Shown: positions 62,188 through 64,000 of the stretch, piece after piece | How the letters are laid out: the number at the start of each line of letters is the position of its first letter | Position numbering within the stretch: position 1 is the stretch's first letter | NCBI GenBank assembly: GCA_965214095.1 | Contig: OZ243938.1 | Coordinates: forward strand, 1,664,001 to 1,728,000 | Length of the DNA stretch: 64,000 bases | Direction of reading: 5' to 3' | Source of the DNA: Candidatus Poribacteria bacterium | GTDB lineage: Bacteria > Poribacteria > WGA-4E > WGA-3G | The notes under the pieces: model-generated | What the model was told of the DNA's origin: nothing | The model's input: only the letters and a program-made list of their open reading frames with translations | Database searches by the model: none | Program-made: the position numbers and the translations under genes

Positions 62188-63188
62188 GAACTCATATTGA
62201 GTAAAACATAAGAATGCTGTCCAATAGGGAAACACAAGAGTTTATTTATGTCCTATTCTTTCACTTCATATCTATAACTTATTGAAAGGTGTTGTTATGG
62301 TAGACAAGGTTCAAGAGTCCCTTAGATACAATGGTATTCCGAAGCAGGTTTCACGTAAGGATTTTAATCGTTATATCAAACCTCATCTAAAGAAACGCAT
62401 AAAAGGTCCCAAACCGAAACTGTCTTTCTATAAGATATTCAACTATATCCTCTATGTTGGACATACCGGTATTCAATGGAATCAACTCCGCACACGGCGT
62501 CCTGAACTCCATTGGTCTAACGTCTATAAATGGCATAATCATTGGTCAAAAGATGGTTCTTATGAGAAACTTTTTGAAGCATCTGTCGGACATCTTCATG
62601 ATAGTGATCAACTTGACACCTCTTGTTTACATGGTGATGGTTCAAACACTGTTGTAAAAAAAGGGGTGACACCATAGGGTATTCAGGTCATAAACATCAA
62701 AAAGGTGAAAAAGAGGTGGCTATCACCGACAATAAAGGTTTTATCATTGGTCCAATAACCCTCAAACCAGTGAACCAACATGATACAACGATTTTGCCCG
62801 AGGCATTGACCGAACTCATCTCCTTCAGCAATCGCATTGGCATGGCACTTGGTGGTTCCGCGCTAACGCTGGATTCTGGTTTTGATTCCAAGGTGAATCA
62901 TAAGATTATTAAAGAACAAGGACTGATCCCAGTGATCTATCCTAACAAACGAAACACTAAAGAACCTATCGCTATCGCTCGCAAGTTCCGGTGGTTTAGA
63001 AAAGATATATACAAAGACCGGTATAAAGTAGAGCGAACTTTCGGGTGGAAACCAGATACCTACCAAAGACTCGTTCTAAGTTATGATAAACTCAAAGAAA
63101 CACGTTTAGGTTTTCGTAACTTAGCATATTCAATGATTAATTTTCGGGCAACTTTCAACGATGCTTAGATGTTACTCGCTATGAATTC
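62188..63188 (+). mobile_element. Second copy of the IS5-family element
   Basis: Near-identical to 7638-8637; TAT duplication (62185-62187, 63189-63191); A7 slippery site at 62656-62662. Confidence 0.92.
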
Positions 63189-63235
63189 TATGTAAACCAT
63201 TGATCTATTTTCTCCTTTGTTTTTGCTATGGAAGC

Positions 63236-64000
63236 CTATGCATCACCTTTTTCCTTGAACCTCGCAATCGCACCACGTTCTGCCATCTCCGCTCTTGCAT
63301 AATGTGCGGGCATCTGTGAGTTCTTCCATCTGCCAGCGACTTGTAAATCTACAACTGTTGCACCGGCTTTCGCGAGAGAGACCGCAGAACCGACACGCAA
63401 GGAATGTCCAGAGATAAATCCATCCACACCGGCATCCGCAGCCCGTTTTTTGATAATCCGTCTGGCAGAGACATCCGCAAGCCTACCCGGTTGAATATGG
63501 TCACCACGACGAACTGGACGGAATAATGCACCGCGAGTAATACCCGATTTCTCTTGATACCGACTAATCACCTTACGTGTATCACTGGTAACATACAAAG
63601 CTACACCAGAACCCTCTTGATCTGTCTTGGAACGCTGGACAACCAAAGTATTCTGTTTGAAATGCCCACAGTTGACAGCGACAACTTCAGAGACACGCAA
63701 CAAGCAGTCAGACATCAGCCTAATCATCGCACTATCCCGAAGCCCCGCTTATTGGTGTTATCTGCTTCAGCAAATGCACACACGCGTTCAACGTCAGCCC
63801 ACGTCAAGCCGTCAACTTGACCCCGTCCCCGACCCTTTGCATCTCTGCGGATTGTCCGTAATCGCTTTTGACTCATCGGGAATTGGACATCAACGGCTCG
63901 CACATTCACAAAATACCATTTCACTGCTGCGACACACATACTGAGCGTGGCTGGGGCAACGCCTTGTGTGTCTAATGTGGACAGGTAAGCTGCTAATTGC
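63236..64000 (-). pseudogene. Cre-like tyrosine recombinase, apparent frameshift near 63750; 5' end lies outside the window
   Basis: LLRVSE, RSKTDQ, GHSLRVG, GRW, AHY catalytic residues; the upstream QVDGLTW segment is in another frame. Confidence 0.8.

Overview
This is a 64 kb, roughly 40% GC bacterial chromosomal window. The protein repertoire suggests Candidatus Poribacteria, a sponge-associated lineage; this is an inference from the NFPNPFNPETWIPYQL C-terminal sorting domain, cohesin/dockerin proteins, PhyH, several Gfo/Idh/MocA enzymes and a giant TPR protein. Housekeeping genes include infA, ispH, rpmH (missed by the ORF track), proA, lgt, livFG, dprA, guaA, rplU-rpmA, rng, tRNA-Leu(CAG), ilvB-ilvN-ilvC behind a T-box, and sodA. 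Regulatory and metabolic genes include an ECF sigma/anti-sigma pair, a PorX-like regulator with a sensor kinase, and a sulfite/nitrite reductase-TusA fusion. Mobile DNA comprises two copies of a 1 kb IS5-family element (one splits a DNA methyltransferase), a Cre-like recombinase, and many GTAG-REP and MITE-like repeats. The most striking locus is 11681-17239. One secreted protein carries cohesin + (EETT)n + Spondin_N, and the next carries a CxxCH Reeler-like domain + 7 Ig-like repeats + dockerin. Cohesin-dockerin binding could join the two N-terminal domains of animal F-spondin in trans. A second candidate system is a three-unit cluster (infA, a structured small RNA or peptide, and a leader peptide plus sigma-region-4 protein) that shares one upstream motif. 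All domain calls come from reading motifs by eye; no database search was run.
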